From an uncultured Gemmatimonadales bacterium (lineage in GTDB: Bacteria; Gemmatimonadota; Gemmatimonadetes; Longimicrobiales; Gaopeijiaceae), in the NCBI GenBank assembly GCA_963809895.1, contig CAWELD010000003.1, positions 2,240,001-2,304,000 of the forward strand: 64,000 nt of DNA, written 5' to 3'. A program made the translations under genes and the position numbers. This document shows positions 8,898-20,411 of the stretch, piece by piece. Numbering within the stretch: position 1 is the stretch's first letter; every line of letters begins with the position of its first letter. Under the pieces are notes generated by a model that saw only the letters and a list, made by a program, of their open reading frames with translations, was not told the DNA's origin and did no database searches.

Positions 8898-9915
8898 CGG
8901 CGTGCTCCAGTGCCCGGATCACCGCATCCGTGTATTCCGCGGTGCTCGCGGAGCCTCCCATGTCGCGCGTGCGTACCTCACCGGCCCGGACCACGGTGTC
9001 CACCGCGCCCCGGATGCGGTCCGCCACGTCGAACGCCTCGAGATGATCCAGCATCATGCATGCGGACAGCAGCAGCCCGGTGGGATTCGCGATCCCCTGC
9101 CCCGCGATGTCCGGCGCCGAGCCGTGTACCGCCTCGAACATGGCCACGTCCTCACCGATATTGCCAGCCGGCGCGAAACCGAGCCCCCCGATGAGGCCCG
9201 CCATCAGATCGGAGAGGATGTCGCCGAACATGTTCTCCATGACCAGCACGTCGAACCGGTACGGGTCGAGCACCATCCACATGGCCGTGGCGTCGATGAT
9301 GCGGTCCTCGAACTCGATGTCGGGGTAGTCCGCCGCCACCTCGCGGGCCACATCGAGAATCAGGCCCTGGGTGTACTTCAGGATGTTCGCCTTGTGGGCC
9401 ACGGTCACCTTCCTGCGACCGTGGGTGCGGGCGTACTCGAAGGCGTAGCGTACGATGCGCTCGGTACCGAAGCGGGTCACGATCATGACCGACTCGGCGG
9501 CGGCCCGGGAATCCCCACCCATGCCGATGTAATGCTCCACGCCGACGTACAGTCCCTCGGTGTTCTCGCGGATGAGCACCAGGTCGATGTCGTCGTAGCG
9601 GCCTCCGGGAACCACGGTGCGAGCCGGCCGCACGTTGGCGTAGAGGTCGAATTCCTGGCGGATGGCCACGTTGATGCTGCGGAAACCCGAGCCCGACGGC
9701 GTGGTCAGGGGGCCCTTGAGCGCGAGGCGCGTGCGGCGCACGGAGTCCAGGGTCGCGTCGGGGAGCGGCGTCCCCACCTGCTCCAACGCGGTCACGCCCC
9801 CCAGCTGCTCGTCGAATTCCAGGTCCGCTCCGGCGGCTGCGAGAATGCGGAGCGTGGCCTCGGTGACCTCGGGGCCGATGCCGTCCCCGGGGATGACCGT
9901 GATGGTGGTCGCCAT
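8890..9915 (-). CDS. Isocitrate/isopropylmalate dehydrogenase family protein (NAD-type)
   Basis: Start MATTITVIPGDGIGPEV at 9915. LKGP, RENTEG, HKANI, NMFGDILSD, FEAVHGSAPDIAG motifs. Confidence 0.92.
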   Translation of the reverse strand: MATTITVIPGDGIGPEVTEATLRILAAAGADLEFDEQLGGVTALEQVGTPLPDATLDSVRRTRLALKGPLTTPSGSGFRSINVAIRQEFDLYANVRPARTVVPGGRYDDIDLVLIRENTEGLYVGVEHYIGMGGDSRAAAESVMIVTRFGTERIVRYAFEYARTHGRRKVTVAHKANILKYTQGLILDVAREVAADYPDIEFEDRIIDATAMWMVLDPYRFDVLVMENMFGDILSDLMAGLIGGLGFAPAGNIGEDVAMFEAVHGSAPDIAGQGIANPTGLLLSACMMLDHLEAFDVADRIRGAVDTVVRAGEVRTRDMGGSASTAEYTDAVIRALEHAVG

Positions 9916-9946
9916 ACGGGCTGTCCTTTCTCGCTCCCGCCGCGCC

Positions 9947-10429
9947 TCAGCGGAAGAAGCGTTCGTTGTATTCGAAGTCGGTGTGGTCCTCTCCCCACTC
10001 GACGAGGTCTTCAAGGAGGGAGGGCCGTTCGGAGCCGTCACGACGCGCGCGCCCGGCGATGTTGAGCGCGCGCTTCCACGTGATGGCATTGAGCTCCTGG
10101 CGCTCCAGCGTCGCGCGTGCCACCTCGGTCCCCGAGGGTTCCCGGATGATGACCCGCACCGCGGCCAGGCCGCCGAAGTCGGTGAAGAGCTGCCGCGTGG
10201 GATCGCTGAACAGGAAGATGTAGGGGCCGACCTTGGCCCACAGGGTGCCGCCACGTCGGAGCTGGTCCGCGGGCTGATAGACCGTCACCTCGGCGACGTT
10301 GCCGTTCATGTCGGTGTCCAGCGCCCACTCGGAGGTGTAGGCCGCCTCGACCTGGTCGGCGTCGGGCAGGGCCAGATCCCCGGTCCCGCCCCGGCAGCCG
10401 GCCAGGCCCATGGCCGCCACCAGCGTCAA
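9947..10429 (-). CDS. Hypothetical lipoprotein
   Basis: LAGC lipobox and GC3-rich codon usage. Start uncertain: the GTG at 10478 that overlaps the upstream stop is one base out of frame, possibly an indel. Confidence 0.7.
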   Translation of the reverse strand: MTLVAAMGLAGCRGGTGDLALPDADQVEAAYTSEWALDTDMNGNVAEVTVYQPADQLRRGGTLWAKVGPYIFLFSDPTRQLFTDFGGLAAVRVIIREPSGTEVARATLERQELNAITWKRALNIAGRARRDGSERPSLLEDLVEWGEDHTDFEYNERFFR

Positions 10430-10474
10430 CGACGCCCGAGCGCGCCAGCGTGCCCGGCGCCCGCACGACGCGGG

Positions 10475-11107
10475 TCACCGGCCCGCCTCCGGCATCGCCC
10501 CCGCCCGCCGCGGGGCGAACCAGCGGCCCAGGGCGTCCATGGCACCTGCCAGCGCGCCGGGATCGGCTCCGCCGCCGGCGCCGGCCTCCACGCCGTACCA
10601 CAGCACGCGTCCGGTGCGGACGTCCATGAGGGCCACCGAGATCTGCACCTCACCGCCGCCGTCGGCCGAGGGCGGCACTGCCAGCGCCGCCACGGGGAGA
10701 ACCGCGAGGTCGGCCCCGGTGAGCGCCCCGAGCCGACGCAGCACGCCGTAGACCGGGTCTCCCATTCGCTGGACCTCGGTGCGCAGAAAGACCTCCACCG
10801 GAAGTCCGGTCAGCGGCGCCTCCAGCGCGGGCGACGCCCTGAGGGCGCTCCGGATCGAATCCGGAAGGATCCACCCCACGTTCGGCGCGTGGCTCCTCAG
10901 GGTGAAGGCGAGCTCCGCATCGGGATCGCCGGCCACGCCCTGGTTGATCTGCACCGGCAGGACCATGACCGGCTGCCCCGCCAGATCCGGCACGGCGCCT
11001 CGGGTCTCACCGGGGGCCGGCGGCCTCGTCGACGCACAGGCCCACGACGCCACGACGGCGACGACCGCCGCCGTGCGAAGTCCAGAACGCGCGAATGTGG
11101 ACGACAT
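10475..11107 (-). CDS. Hypothetical lipoprotein
   Basis: MSSTFARSGLRTAAVVAVVASWA-C. C-terminal LMDVRTGRVLW motif recalls CsgG/LpoB-like folds. Confidence 0.7.
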   Translation of the reverse strand: MSSTFARSGLRTAAVVAVVASWACASTRPPAPGETRGAVPDLAGQPVMVLPVQINQGVAGDPDAELAFTLRSHAPNVGWILPDSIRSALRASPALEAPLTGLPVEVFLRTEVQRMGDPVYGVLRRLGALTGADLAVLPVAALAVPPSADGGGEVQISVALMDVRTGRVLWYGVEAGAGGGADPGALAGAMDALGRWFAPRRAGAMPEAGR

Positions 11108-11145
11108 GGAAATCCCGGGTATCGGGTGTTGTGAAGCCCATGAAC

Positions 11146-11553
11146 CTATCCGGGCTCTTTGTCCAACTCCAGGGCCGCGGAGTTCAGGCAGTAGCGGAGC
11201 CCGGTGGGCTGGGGTCCGTCGGGAAACAGATGCCCGAGGTGGCCGCCACACGCCGCGCACAGCACCTCGGTGCGGTGCATGGCGTAACTCCGGTCCTCTT
11301 CCGTGGCCACCGCTTCCTCGCTCATGGGCGCGTAGAAGGAGGGCCATCCGGTGCCGGAGTCGTACTTCGTCTCCGACGAAAACAGCGGGGTGCCACACCC
11401 GCGGCAGCGATAGACGCCGGACTCCTTGCTATTCCAGTAACGCCCGGTGAACGCCCGCTCGGTCCCCTTGTCCCTGAGGATCCGGTATTCCTGCTCCGAG
11501 AGCTGCTCCCGCCACTCCCGGTCCGACTTGTCCTTCTTCTTCGGCTCCGTCAC
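11146..11553 (-). CDS. msrB: Peptide-methionine (R)-S-oxide reductase
   Basis: [53 protein letters not shown] start at 11553. Confidence 0.96.
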   Translation of the reverse strand: MTEPKKKDKSDREWREQLSEQEYRILRDKGTERAFTGRYWNSKESGVYRCRGCGTPLFSSETKYDSGTGWPSFYAPMSEEAVATEEDRSYAMHRTEVLCAACGGHLGHLFPDGPQPTGLRYCLNSAALELDKEPG

Positions 11554-11708
11554 GCGACCCCCTTGCTCATGGTTGCACCGAGATCGTCCTACACCAGGCG
11601 CCCCGGCCTCGTTTCGACCCCGTGCAACCCTCGCGGGCCCCATCGCGTCTCACCTTGCAGCGACCTATCTTACACTTCTACTCAATCCCCGGTCACCGAG
11701 AACCCTTC

Positions 11709-12023
11709 ATGCCCCGACCCCTGGGAGTTTCGTCGCTGCGCATCCTGGCAGCCGTCCGCGACGGCGACGCGTACGGACTCGAGATCGTGGCCCGCACCGG
11801 GCTCCCGTCGGGCACCGTCTACCCGACGCTGGGGCGCCTGCAGCGGAGCGGACTGCTCCGGTCTCGCTGGGAAGACGCAGCGCTGGCCGGCGAAGAGGGG
11901 CGACCGCGACGCCGCTACTACGAGCTCACGGCCGACGGCACCGACGCGCTGGCGCGGGGCATCGCCAGGATCCGCGAGACGGCCCTGCAGCTCGATCCCC
12001 GGCGGGCGGGAGAGACCGGGTGA
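11709..12023 (+). CDS. PadR-family transcriptional regulator
   Basis: YGLEI, SGTVYPTLGRLQ, RPRRRYYELT. Stop overlaps the permease start. Confidence 0.9.
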   Translation: MPRPLGVSSLRILAAVRDGDAYGLEIVARTGLPSGTVYPTLGRLQRSGLLRSRWEDAALAGEEGRPRRRYYELTADGTDALARGIARIRETALQLDPRRAGETG

Positions 12024-14653
12024 GGAGCTGGCGCGCGGCCCGCGGCCTGCTGCGGGTCCTCGCCCTGGTGGTGCCTCGGCGCCATCGCCGGGACTGGCTC
12101 GAGGAATGGCGTGGCGAGATGGAGGCGCTGGAGCGCGTACGCCGCTTCGGCAACCCGGGTCGCTATCCCACGCCGGTGGGGTTCGTCGTGGGGGCGATCC
12201 CCCACGCCCTGTGGATGCGGAAGGAGGAGTGGAGCATGGAACGGGTGATCCAGGATCTCAGGTTCGCGCTGCGGATGTTGCGCCGGAGCCCCGGATTCGC
12301 CGCGGTGGCGGTGCTGACGCTGGCGCTGGGGATCGGGGTGAACGCCTCCATCTTCTCGCTGGTCAACGGCCTGGTGCTGCGCGATCCGGCAGGGGTGGAA
12401 GCACCGGACCGTCTGGTTCAGATCGCCCGTTCGTACGAAGACGACCCACGCTGGGACAACTGGTCCTGGCCCGCGCTCCAGGAGATCCGGCGCTCCGGGC
12501 GCGTCTTCGACGGCGTGGCCGGGTACAGCGCCGCCGGCTTCCTCATCGGCGAGGGCGCCGAAGCCCGCACCGTCCTGGGTGACCTGGTCACCGGCAACTA
12601 CTTCCAGGTGCTGGGCGTGGAGCCGGTCGCGGGGCGACTGCTGGGGCCCGCCGACGACATCACTCCCGGTGCGCACCCCGTGGTGGTACTCTCCTGGGAC
12701 CTGTGGCAGGAGCGTTTCGGCGGCGATCCGGCGGTGGTGGGACGCACGCTGCGCATGGGCGGCCAGGGGTACCAGGTCCTGGGCGTGACGCCCCGGGGAT
12801 TCCGCGGCGTGGAGACCGTGGGCTCTCCGCCCCAGTTGTTCGTGCCCGCCACCATGCACGAGCCCATGCGCGGGAATCTCCCCTTCGATCGCTGGGGCTG
12901 GTCCTGGATCCAGGTCACGGGACGCCTGGCCGACGGGGTGTCCATGGAGCAGGCCCGGGCCGCCGTGCAGGTGGCATCGACCCGGCTCCGCGAGGCGGAT
13001 CCGGTCAACGAGGGCATCCAGATCCTGCTGGCTCCCGGTGTGGGGCTGAGCCCCTCGGAGCGGGCGGAGGCCAATCGGATCAGCCTGCTTCTCATGGTGA
13101 TCGCGGGGCTGGTGCTCCTCCTCTCCTGCGCCAACGTGGCCAACCTGTTCGTCGCCCGCGCCACCACCCGGGCCAGCGAGATGGGCGTGCGGCGGGCGCT
13201 GGGCGCAGGACGCGGACGGCTGGTGGGACAGGTGGGGACGGAGAGCCTGGTGTTGTCGCTGCTGGCCGCGGCGGTGGCCGCTCCCCTGGTCTGGCTCGCC
13301 GGGGGATTCCTGCCGTCGTTCGTCCCCTACACGCTGTCCGCCACCCTCCGGCCCGACGGGCGGGTGGCCGCGGTCCTGATCGCCCTGGGACTGGTCGCCG
13401 GCGTGCTCTTCGGGGCCGGTCCTGCCGTCATGCTCACGAGGCGGAGCCTGGCCGCGGCACTCCGCGACGGCGGCACCACCGGCTCGACCGGGAGGACCCG
13501 CGGCCGGGACCTGCTGGTGGTGGGCCAGCTGGCGGTGTCGCTGGGGCTGCTGGCCTCCGCGGCGCTCCTCGGTCGCAGCATCCTGAACGCGAACCACGCG
13601 GATCCCGGCTTCGAGCCCCGGGGGCTCATGGTGGGCGCGCTCAATCTGGACCTCACGGGCCGGTACGATCGACCCCAGGCCCTGGACTTCTACCAGCGCC
13701 TGGAGCAGGCGTCCCTGGCGCTCCCGGGCGTCGAGGCCTTCACCGTGGCATCGAGGGCACCCTTCCTGGGGCCGTTCTCGCGGGCCACACGAGCACCCCT
13801 GGACCGTCCGGGCGACCCGTCCGTGGAGATCGAGGCGGAGGAGACCTTCGTGGGCGCCGACTACTTCGAGACCATGGGGATCCCCCTGGTCCGTGGCCGC
13901 ACCCTGCGGGAGCCCCGCCAGGAAACCGAGCCGGTGGCGGTGATCAACGAGGCGCTGGCGCGCAGGTTCTGGCCCGGAGAGGATCCCGTGGGCAAGCAGC
14001 TGACCGGCGAGGTGCCCCTGCGCGTGGTCGGCGTCGTGGGCGACGTGCACGAGCGCTCCTTGCGGGGGCAAGCGCTGCCTGGGGTCTACCGGCCGCTGTC
14101 CCAGGCCTACGGCCAGCAGGTGGTGGCGCTGTTGCGCACTCCGGGGGATCCCCGCGCCCTGGTCCGCCCCTTCCGGCAGGCCGTCGCCGGCCTCGACCCC
14201 GGCCTTCCCGTCAGCGGCGCCACCGACGTCTACGGCCTCATGGCCGGCTCGCTGGGCGAGACGCGCACCATCGGACTCCTGGTGGGCACGTTCGCGGCGC
14301 TGGCGCTCCTGCTGTCGCTGACCGGGCTCTACGGGCTCATCGCGTACGGCGTCTCGCAGCGCGTGCGCGAGATGGGCATTCGCATGGCGCTGGGCGCCCG
14401 TCCGGAGAGCCTCGTGCGCATGATCCTCCGGCGGGGGCTGATCCTCACGACGCTGGGCCTGGTGGCCGGGCTGGGTCTGGCCCTCCTGCTCGGGCGCGGA
14501 ATCCGCGGCCTGCTCTACGGCGTCGAGGCCACCAGCCCCACCATGCTCGGACTGGCCGCGGTAACCCTCCTGGTCGCCTCCACGGTTGCGGCCTGGATAC
14601 CGGCCCGACGCGCCACCCGCGTAGACGCGGTGCGATCCCTCCGGAGCGAGTAG
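12020..14653 (+). CDS. ADOP-type duplicated MacB/FtsX ABC permease (no ATPase adjacent)
   Basis: QDLRFALRMLRRSPGFAAVAVLTLALGIGVN, CANVANL, EMGVRRALGA, EMGIRMALGA, RRATRVD. Paired with PadR as is typical of this family. Confidence 0.92.
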   Translation: MRSWRAARGLLRVLALVVPRRHRRDWLEEWRGEMEALERVRRFGNPGRYPTPVGFVVGAIPHALWMRKEEWSMERVIQDLRFALRMLRRSPGFAAVAVLTLALGIGVNASIFSLVNGLVLRDPAGVEAPDRLVQIARSYEDDPRWDNWSWPALQEIRRSGRVFDGVAGYSAAGFLIGEGAEARTVLGDLVTGNYFQVLGVEPVAGRLLGPADDITPGAHPVVVLSWDLWQERFGGDPAVVGRTLRMGGQGYQVLGVTPRGFRGVETVGSPPQLFVPATMHEPMRGNLPFDRWGWSWIQVTGRLADGVSMEQARAAVQVASTRLREADPVNEGIQILLAPGVGLSPSERAEANRISLLLMVIAGLVLLLSCANVANLFVARATTRASEMGVRRALGAGRGRLVGQVGTESLVLSLLAAAVAAPLVWLAGGFLPSFVPYTLSATLRPDGRVAAVLIALGLVAGVLFGAGPAVMLTRRSLAAALRDGGTTGSTGRTRGRDLLVVGQLAVSLGLLASAALLGRSILNANHADPGFEPRGLMVGALNLDLTGRYDRPQALDFYQRLEQASLALPGVEAFTVASRAPFLGPFSRATRAPLDRPGDPSVEIEAEETFVGADYFETMGIPLVRGRTLREPRQETEPVAVINEALARRFWPGEDPVGKQLTGEVPLRVVGVVGDVHERSLRGQALPGVYRPLSQAYGQQVVALLRTPGDPRALVRPFRQAVAGLDPGLPVSGATDVYGLMAGSLGETRTIGLLVGTFAALALLLSLTGLYGLIAYGVSQRVREMGIRMALGARPESLVRMILRRGLILTTLGLVAGLGLALLLGRGIRGLLYGVEATSPTMLGLAAVTLLVASTVAAWIPARRATRVDAVRSLRSE

Positions 14654-14753
14654 GAGTCGTGGGCCGGCGAGTCCCGCGCGGGTTGACACGGCGCCGGCCA
14701 CGGCGCCCATTGGCGGGGCTCGCCTCACGTCACCGCTTCAGGAAGGTCGCCCC

Positions 14754-15137
14754 ATGTCCGCCTCCGCCCGTCACGTACCCTGGTCCGAGCTGGAGTGGGA
14801 GGAGGTCGTTCCCGGCATCCGGCGGCGCATCGTCAACGGCGACGGCATGATGATGGCGCAGGTCTTCCTGGACGAGGGTGCAGTGGTGCCCAAGCACCAG
14901 CACGTGAACGAACAGTTCACCTACATCCTCGAGGGAGCGCTCCATTTCTGGCTCGGTGACGACCTGGAGCGCGAGGTCGTGGTGCGTGCCGGCGAGGTCC
15001 TGCATATCCCGGCCAACGTGCCCCACAAGGCCGAAGCCATCGAGGACACGCTGGACCTGGACGTCTTCCATCCCCCCAGGGCCGACTGGCTCGACGGCAC
15101 CGACACCTACTTCCGCGCCGACCGCGAGGACGGCTGA
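14754..15137 (+). CDS. Cupin-domain protein
   Basis: PKHQHVNEQFTYILEG and GEVLHIPANVPH cupin motifs. Confidence 0.88.
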   Translation: MSASARHVPWSELEWEEVVPGIRRRIVNGDGMMMAQVFLDEGAVVPKHQHVNEQFTYILEGALHFWLGDDLEREVVVRAGEVLHIPANVPHKAEAIEDTLDLDVFHPPRADWLDGTDTYFRADREDG

Positions 15138-15138
15138 C

Positions 15139-15942
15139 GTGGAGCTGGGTCTGCGCGACCGCGTCGCCCTCGTCGGGGGTGCGTCGTCGGGGCTGGGGCG
15201 GGCCTGCGCCATCGAGCTCGCGCGGGAGGGGTGCGACGTGGTCGTCTGCTCCCGCACCGAAGAGTCCATCATCCGGGCTGCCGAGGCCATCGAGGACGAG
15301 ACGGGCCGCCGGGTGATCCCCGTGGCGGCCGACCTGTCCACCGAAGACGGGTGCGCCCGCGTGGTGGACGCCGCCCGTGAGGCCTTCGGGCGCGTCGACG
15401 TGCTCGTCACCAACACCGGGGGCCCGCCCGCCGGCGCGTTCGAGGAGCACGACATGGAGGCGTGGCACCGCGCCACGGCCCTCCTGCTGGAGAGCGTCCT
15501 TCATCTGGTCCGGCGCGTGCTGCCGGGCATGAGGGAGCGCCGCTGGGGCCGGATCATCCCCATCACCTCCATCGCCGTGAAGCAGCCGGTGGACGGCCTG
15601 GTGCTGTCCAACGCGCTGAGGGCGGGCGTGACCGGCCTGGCGCGCACCCTGGCCAACGAGGTGGCGAGCCAGGGCATCACCGTGAACACGGTCATGCCCG
15701 GCTACACCCGGACCAACAGGCTGGTCAACCTGGCCACGAGCCAGGCCGCCACGGGGGTTCAGGAGCGGGGCCAGGACCTGGACGAGGTCTACCGCCGCTG
15801 GACCGACCAGGTCCCCGCGGGCCGCCTGGGCGAACCCGAAGAACTGGCTGCCCTCGTGGCCTTCCTGGCGTCCGAACGGGCCGCCTACATCACCGGCCAG
15901 TCCATTGCCGTCGACGGCGGTTGGATCCGGTCGCTGCTCTGA
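15139..15942 (+). CDS. SDR-family oxidoreductase
   Basis: GTG start at 15139. MELGLRDRVALVGGASSGLG, VTNTGGPP, SNALR atypical active site, YITGQSIAVDGG. Confidence 0.9.
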   Translation: MELGLRDRVALVGGASSGLGRACAIELAREGCDVVVCSRTEESIIRAAEAIEDETGRRVIPVAADLSTEDGCARVVDAAREAFGRVDVLVTNTGGPPAGAFEEHDMEAWHRATALLLESVLHLVRRVLPGMRERRWGRIIPITSIAVKQPVDGLVLSNALRAGVTGLARTLANEVASQGITVNTVMPGYTRTNRLVNLATSQAATGVQERGQDLDEVYRRWTDQVPAGRLGEPEELAALVAFLASERAAYITGQSIAVDGGWIRSLL

Positions 15943-15966
15943 CTTCACTTCAGACGAGAATCATCC

Positions 15967-16899
15967 GTGTCCACTGGCATCACCGCATCCGATTGGATCT
16001 GGAAGGACGGCGAGTTCCTCGCCTGGGAAGAGACGCGCGTCCACCTGTTGAGCCTCGCCGTGCAGTTCGGCTCGTCGGTCTTCGAGGGGATCAGGGCCTA
16101 CGACACGCCACGGGGGCCCGCCATCTTCCGGCTGGATACCCACATCCGGCGCCTGTTCGATTCCTGCACCATCTACCGGATGCCTCCGCAGCATTCGCGG
16201 GCCGACCTGGAGGAGGCGTGCCGCGCCACCGTGCGCAAGAACGGTCTCCGGGACTGCTACATCCGACCCACGGTCATCCGGGGATACGGCTCCGCGGGGC
16301 TCAACCCCGCCGCGTCGCCGGTGGAGAGCTACGTCGCCGCCTGGCCCTGGGGCACCTACCTGGGTCCCGACGCCCTGGAGCGCGGTGTGGACGTGTGTAC
16401 CAGCTCCTGGACCCGGGCAGCGCCCAACACCTTTCCCGTGTCGGCCAAGGCCGCGGGCCACTACGTCAACGCCCAGCTCATCAAGATGCAGGCGCTGGCC
16501 GACGGTTACGTGGAGGGAATCGCGCTGGGCCCGGACGGGCTGGTGAGCGAGGGCTCGGGCCAGAACCTCTTCCTGGTCCGGGACGGCACCCTCATCACGC
16601 CCTTCCTGGACGGGACGTCGCTGGCCGGAATCACCCGTGACGCGATCCTGGTCATGGCCCGGGACATGGGCATCCCTGTGCGCGAGCAGCACGTGCCCCG
16701 GGAGTCACTCTACGTGGCCGACGAGCTCTTCTTCACCGGCACGGCGTCGGAGGTCACGCCCATCCGCAGCGTGGACCGCATCGAGGTCGGGGCGGGGCGT
16801 GCCGGACCCGTGACGCTACGGCTGCAGAAGGCCTTCCTGCAGCTGGTGAAGGGCGAGGCCGACGACCCCCACGGCTGGCTCACGTACGTGGAGGACTGA
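15967..16899 (+). CDS. ilvE: Branched-chain amino acid aminotransferase
   Basis: VFEGIRAY, FRLDTHIRRL, AKAAGHY (PLP Lys), EGSGQNLF, GITR, TGTASEVTP. Confidence 0.93.
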   Translation: MSTGITASDWIWKDGEFLAWEETRVHLLSLAVQFGSSVFEGIRAYDTPRGPAIFRLDTHIRRLFDSCTIYRMPPQHSRADLEEACRATVRKNGLRDCYIRPTVIRGYGSAGLNPAASPVESYVAAWPWGTYLGPDALERGVDVCTSSWTRAAPNTFPVSAKAAGHYVNAQLIKMQALADGYVEGIALGPDGLVSEGSGQNLFLVRDGTLITPFLDGTSLAGITRDAILVMARDMGIPVREQHVPRESLYVADELFFTGTASEVTPIRSVDRIEVGAGRAGPVTLRLQKAFLQLVKGEADDPHGWLTYVED

Positions 16900-16909
16900 G
16901 CCGCCCCTC

Positions 16910-18682
<1,773 letters not shown>

Positions 18683-18722
18683 ACCAATGCTCCTACGGGG
18701 GGTGTGGTACGGGAGGCTGAAG

Positions 18723-19154
18723 CTACTCGCCGACTTCCGGACCGGCCAGCAGGGCGCGCAGCTCGGCGACGCGCTCGGCGGTCTCCGGAAAGCCTCGCGC
18801 CACGAGCGACGGATCAAGCAGCGCGTAGAGGCGCAGCGCCCGCTCGGCGCGGTCGGCGGTCGTGACGGGGTCGTCCTCCAGGTCGGCGCGATAGGCCTCG
18901 GCGGACAGGAGCTCGGCGGCGATCCAGCATCGGCCCACCTCCGGCTCACCTCCGGGCGAGACCAGGCGCACCATGGTGTCCAGGTCCACCCCGGTGAGCA
19001 CGTCCAGATCCAGTCCCACGTCCCGGGCCGAGGCCCGCACCTTCTCGGCGGCCTCCGACGGACTCAGCTCTCCGGAGCGCAGACCCCGCAGGATCTCCTG
19101 GAGGACTCGTCCCATGGTTTCGATCAGTCGGAGAATGTAGTCCTGCGCAGCCAT
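18723..19154 (-). CDS. Hypothetical helical protein (DUF6483-like)
   Basis: Start MAAQDYILRLIETMG at 19154 with AGGAG RBS. The longer ORF call is antisense to dctP. Confidence 0.7.
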   Translation of the reverse strand: MAAQDYILRLIETMGRVLQEILRGLRSGELSPSEAAEKVRASARDVGLDLDVLTGVDLDTMVRLVSPGGEPEVGRCWIAAELLSAEAYRADLEDDPVTTADRAERALRLYALLDPSLVARGFPETAERVAELRALLAGPEVGE

Positions 19155-19256
19155 GGGGGCTCCTGATTTGCCGGAGGGGGGACCCGGCATTACTTCATTG
19201 CCGGGATCGCCCGCGCAACGGGTGCGGGTCCCGGACCCCCCGACAGCGAGGACGGC

Positions 19257-20411
19257 ATGGAGCGAGTGGATCGTCGCGACTTCCTGAAGAAGGCCGCAGC
19301 AGGTGCCACCGGCGCGACCCTTCTGGCAGCCTGCGACTCCTCGGGAGGTGGACCGGCCGTGGCGACGGCGGAGGCGGCGGTCCAGGGTCCGGAGGTGAGC
19401 TGGCGTCTGGCCACGAGCTTCCCTCCGAGCCTGGACATCCTGCACGGGGCGGCAGAACGGCTGGCAACGCGCGTGCAGGCCCTCACCGGCGGTCGCTTCC
19501 GGATACGCGTCTACGCTGCCAACGAGCTGGTCCCTGCCCTCCAGGTCATGGACGCCGTGCAGCAGGGGACCGTACAGGCGGGGCTGACCGGCGGCTACTA
19601 CTACATCGGCAAGAGCCCCGCGCTGGCCTTCGACTCCACGGTGCCCTTCGGCTTCACCGCCCGGCAGCAGACCGCCTGGCTCCACTACGGCGGCGGACTG
19701 GAGCTGCTCACCGACGTCTACGCCGACTTCGGCATCGTGCCGCTGCCCTGTGGCAACACCGGCGCCCAGATGGGGGGCTGGTTCCGCAGGCCGGTGAACT
19801 CCCTCGCCGACCTCCAGGGTCTGCGCATGCGCATTCCGGGGATCGGTGGCGAGATCATGAGCCGCCTGGGTACCTCGGTTCAGGTCCTGGGCGGACCGGA
19901 GATCTACCCGGCGCTGGAGCGCGGCGCCATCGACGCCACCGAGTGGGTCGGGCCGTACGACGACGAGAAGCTGGGGTTCTATCAGATCGCCCCCAACTAC
20001 TACCTGCCCGGGTGGTGGGAGCCGGGCCTCTCGGCGACCCTGCAGATCTCCAAGGCGGCGTGGGACGAGATCCCGGCGGCCTACCAGGAGCTGCTGAACA
20101 CGGCGTGCCGCGAGTCCAACGAGGACATGCTCGCCAGGTACGATGCCGAGAATCCCCTGGCCCTGCTCAGGCTGGTGAACGACCACGGCGTGCAGCTGCG
20201 CGCCTTCTCCGACGAGATCCTCCAGGCCGCCTGGCGCGAGAGCAACGCCTATCTGGAGGAGCAGGCCGCGTCCGACGCGACCTTCAAGCGGGTCTACGAT
20301 TCCTGGAAGGCGTTCCGCGAACGGGTCTTTCCGTACTTCGCCGGCAACGAGCAGCACTACGCGCGCTTCGCCTTCGCCCAGATCCCGTCGAACCTCCACA
20401 TCCAGGAATGA
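19257..20411 (+). CDS. dctP: TRAP transporter substrate-binding protein (TakP-like), Tat lipoprotein
   Basis: DRRDFLK twin-arginine signal with LLAAC lipobox. WRLATSFP, GNTGAQMGGWF, MRIPG, EWVGPYDD, PGWWEP. Confidence 0.92.
   Translation: MERVDRRDFLKKAAAGATGATLLAACDSSGGGPAVATAEAAVQGPEVSWRLATSFPPSLDILHGAAERLATRVQALTGGRFRIRVYAANELVPALQVMDAVQQGTVQAGLTGGYYYIGKSPALAFDSTVPFGFTARQQTAWLHYGGGLELLTDVYADFGIVPLPCGNTGAQMGGWFRRPVNSLADLQGLRMRIPGIGGEIMSRLGTSVQVLGGPEIYPALERGAIDATEWVGPYDDEKLGFYQIAPNYYLPGWWEPGLSATLQISKAAWDEIPAAYQELLNTACRESNEDMLARYDAENPLALLRLVNDHGVQLRAFSDEILQAAWRESNAYLEEQAASDATFKRVYDSWKAFRERVFPYFAGNEQHYARFAFAQIPSNLHIQE

Noticed and set aside
11146..11553. Selenocysteine-containing MsrB
   Set aside because: The catalytic position is Cys (RYCLNS) and there is no in-frame TGA.
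14683..14712. TTGACA promoter upstream of the cupin gene
   Set aside because: Perfect -35 but no convincing -10 at 16-18 nt spacing.
11918..14850. Long antisense and alternate-frame ORFs (936 aa, 715 aa, and similar elsewhere)
   Set aside because: Expected in high-GC DNA with strong GC3 bias; low-complexity Arg/Gly/Pro translations.
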